This document shows positions 60,791-64,000 of a stretch of 64,000 nucleotides of DNA, piece after piece. The notes below the pieces were generated by a model. The model made no database searches. It was not told the DNA's origin and worked only from the letters and a program-made list of their open reading frames with translations. The DNA is from Raillietiella orientalis (Eukaryota). The stretch spans positions 4,464,001 to 4,528,000 of the forward strand of contig JAYWIR010000002.1 in the NCBI GenBank assembly GCA_036172245.1, read 5' to 3'. The number at the start of each line of letters is the position of its first letter. Within the stretch, counting starts at the first letter, position 1. The position numbers and the translations under genes are program-made.

Positions 60791-63700
60791 GTAAGCAGCC
60801 TTCCTTCTTCCTCCGACCGCCGCCGGAGCGGCTTCGAGCCACGCGCACTGGTCGGAAGAGTTCGAAAGAGAAGGAAAAACTGGAGGGGGGAAAGCAGAAT
60901 TCTCTTGCACTTCCGGCTTGCCTGTTCTCCCTCTCCCGCTGGGAAAGCGTCCGAAGGAGCCGACTCCCAGCTGCCTACAGCATTGATCGCCAACGGGCGT
61001 TATCGGCAACGATGCAGCGGTGGGGATTGGGATGACTGGACGGCGTGCTAGCGCCGCCTGAAGGCAGGTGCGTGCCTCCTGAGAAAGAGGATGCGCAAGC
61101 CGGTGCGTCCCGTGCCCGCCTCGCGCGCGTTATCCAAGGGGCGCCGCATTACCTCGGGGAGGCGGGGGGTCGTTCACTTGGCGCGGCTCCGGCGGATACT
61201 GACGTGCGGCGCACTTCCTCCGCGCCGCTGGCCTTTCGGCAAACCCCAGCGCGAAACGCGGGTGGCGGGAAGGAGGACATTGGTTCAGGCGCGAGGGGTC
61301 AGGCCACAATCCACGGACTGTGGTCCAGGTTTCGGGGAAGCAGCCGACCCGGGGAGCCACGCGGCAAGAGACGGCCCTGGAACAGCCAAAACGAGGAGTC
61401 GCGGTGTGAAACGCCTCCTGCGAAGAAGTTGCGACGGAGGGAAGGAAGCAGAAGTCAACCGGTCTCTTCTTGGTTCTCTCTTCCGTGGTGCGACAGGTAC
61501 CGAGCACTCGAGAGCACAGGGCCTTTCCCGGCTGTAAGATGGAGAGCAGGCTTGCTTTCCGTTTCCACGGCTTCCAACTCGCGTCGCTTCCCGGTTGACC
61601 TGAATTACATTTCCGAATGGGATGGTTTCGCTTCCCCAGTCGGGAAGGAGGTCGTCGCTCACAAAACCAGGGTCCGGGAACGATGCACAAAAGTACCATC
61701 TGTGGGGCGGTAGCTCAAAGCTTCGACAGGAGCGCAGGAAACATTCAGATGCGATGTGACATCGTAGGGGGCATTCCAGTAGCTTTCTTCCTCTCGTCGC
61801 CCAGGATCCGGGATGACAGGATCAACCTACGAAGCCTAGCTTGCTTTGGAGAATAGTTCTGGGAGGGTTTCGTTGGCAACTTCCCATCGCTTTTTTTGCA
61901 TGATTATAAAAAGTGGATTTACCCAAGACCCTTCTAACGGTTTCCAAGGATGGCATCCCAGCCGGGAAGGCAGCAGCTTGGTAAAGCTGTTGACAAGGAT
62001 CTTTGTGAAAAGAGATCTTCCGAAGGTCAGCCGTAATTCCCGTCGTGGAAGGAGCTCCCGTGAGAAAGAGTAGCAGGGTGCGGCCATGCATCAGCCTCGC
62101 CGCTTCACGCATGCGTGCAGCGCGGCATTTCGCAACCGACTCCTTTGCAGAACCGTGGAAGGCTGAGACGAAAACCAGCCGCAATCCAAGGTGCATGGTG
62201 CACCCTTGCCATCTTTGTTATACGATACCGGAGTCTTCATGAGGAGACGCACTCTCGGAGAAGCAGACCTGGCTTGGAAGAGTGTTCCTGAAAAGATGCA
62301 AACGTAATGCACTGACTGGGAAACAGCCCTTGACGTTGCTAGCGCACGAGAGCCAAAGGAAAAAAAAATTCATTGATCAGTACCAGACAAAACGTTAGTG
62401 AGATACTCTGGATCCAAGCAAAGAGAACCCAGCTTCACATCTTCTGGAGTATCGGGAATGTGAAACCTTGCCTGCGTGGCTTCGGTAGGGACAGCCGGCG
62501 GCGCGAAAGCTGGGGAACCGAGAGCTGCAGGATTGGGTACGACTTCTCAAAGGTGGGTAGCCTCGATCTTGCAATTCCCCGAGCCGTATGCTGAATTTCG
62601 GGGACACACTGCCATCCCGTCGCCAACGATACGGACAGATGCATGTTCACCCGAGAATGCACACAGGTGCAAACGAAGGAGAAAGAGAAGAGGAATGTGT
62701 GAGAAAGTAAAAACAAACGGAGGGTCCGATCAATGGTGACTCAGCAGGATGGGAGGAAGCTTGCGATGCCCGAGGACAATTTCATGCAATTTCCTAAAAT
62801 GCATCGGAACAGAAAAGTAGCCGGAATGAAGAAAAGATGGCCACAGCCGTCAGCAAGGCAATGGCATTCTGAGAACTCAGAGGAATGCCGTATCGTGTTT
62901 TTACGTATGAGTGTGCATATGAAAGTAATCGCAGAGTCCACCGAGCAGCGCAAGAACTCACGAAAAATGGAACGAATGGCTCGTAGAAGCAAAGATTTCT
63001 TACGTTGCTAAACAATTACTGCAACGTTATTTGTCGATCTCTTAAAAAAAAAAATGCCGAAAAGAAAGAGGAAAGATTCGCTGTTCCGTTCTTGTTTCAT
63101 AGTGCCGTCGATCTCGTAAATATAAACAAAATAGTGGATAAGCGCCATACTGCCTGTCATCTTTGGTGAGAGATGGAAACTGATGCCATTCATCGCACTT
63201 CATTCTGTAACGTGCAGTGGAGTAAGCACTTCGCAAGCTCTTTAAGGAGCTACGAACCAGAAATGTCCCTGTATTTCACATGTAAGCTCACGAAAAAAAA
63301 AAAAAAGAAGAAGAAAGGTACTGGAATTTCACGAAGTGAAGCGCTATGAGAGATTTCAAGATGGCCAGCAAAACAGGATGTGTAGCGCCATTGACCCTAC
63401 ATTGTCCGAAAATGCTCGGAACCTGCCGAGTAACCGGCATGTAGGCCGGTACTCGGCAGGTTCTTAATCTTCCAAGAATGATTTTTTCAAGGTAATAATA
63501 GCAGAATGATGTTTACTTCCTCGAAAGCGATGGCTTCGCTAAGGTCATTCACGGACACAGCGATCTTGCAAAGTGCGACGTCGAGAACGAAAAATCATTC
63601 AGATCATTTCACGTAGCTCCACAGTGCGATGTAATCCCAGTTTCCGCCCAAGTGCCATTCATTCGCAAACAACCCACTTCCAACGCGATGCAATTTCGGG

Positions 63701-64000
63701 GATCATCTTGATTTGGTCCCGCAGATACAAGATTACATGCGTTTATGATGAGATCGGTCTTCAGGCTGCATTTCAGCCGGCCATCTTTCGGGATTCATTG
63801 ATGGATTCGGGGCTGATGATTTCGGAGAGGGAGGAACGCTGCTTATGTACCGAAAGCAAACTGGAAAACTCCCCTTTCCTTCCCACCATTCTTCCCATGT
63901 GTTGCGCATCTTCTTGCTTTCTACTTCATACATTTTTCTTGTTTCTGCTTTTTCGTTTGCTTGTGCAACCTCTTGAGGCGCATCCCACTCACTGCCTCAC

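Noticed and set aside
59854-61713. Long ORFs (393, 237, 222, 219 aa)
   Set aside because: Overlapping ORFs in several frames of GC-rich DNA with no recognisable domains; only the 106-nt SQOR exon is supported.
62581-62605. GAGCCGTATGC, resembling group II intron domain V
   Set aside because: The complementary 3' strand (..ACGTACGGTTC) and GNRA loop are absent.

Overview
Eukaryotic (animal) nuclear DNA with spliceosomal introns. Host genes: the 3' end of a cathepsin L-like protease, a Krimper-like Tudor-CCCH-Tudor gene, an HMG20 gene, a near-complete sulfide:quinone oxidoreductase (SQOR) gene, and one exon of a second, divergently oriented SQOR paralog. The intergenic DNA and the large SQOR intron hold decayed foreign and mobile DNA: an alphaproteobacterial (Rickettsiales/Wolbachia-like) phage/GTA portal fragment, a CRESS-DNA virus Rep fragment, a ~2.8 kb NUMT (trnP-nad1-trnL-rrnL-rrnS), and a palindromic mariner derivative. 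There are also about nine Tx1/L1-like retrotransposon fragments, seven of which end in a fixed AATAAA + stem-loop module with little or no poly(A). An unidentified ~0.9 kb hairpin-dense non-coding repeat occurs in 4 copies, and a near-identical ~750 bp inverted repeat brackets the last three SQOR exons. Everything was read by eye and no searches were run, so family assignments rest on recalled motifs.
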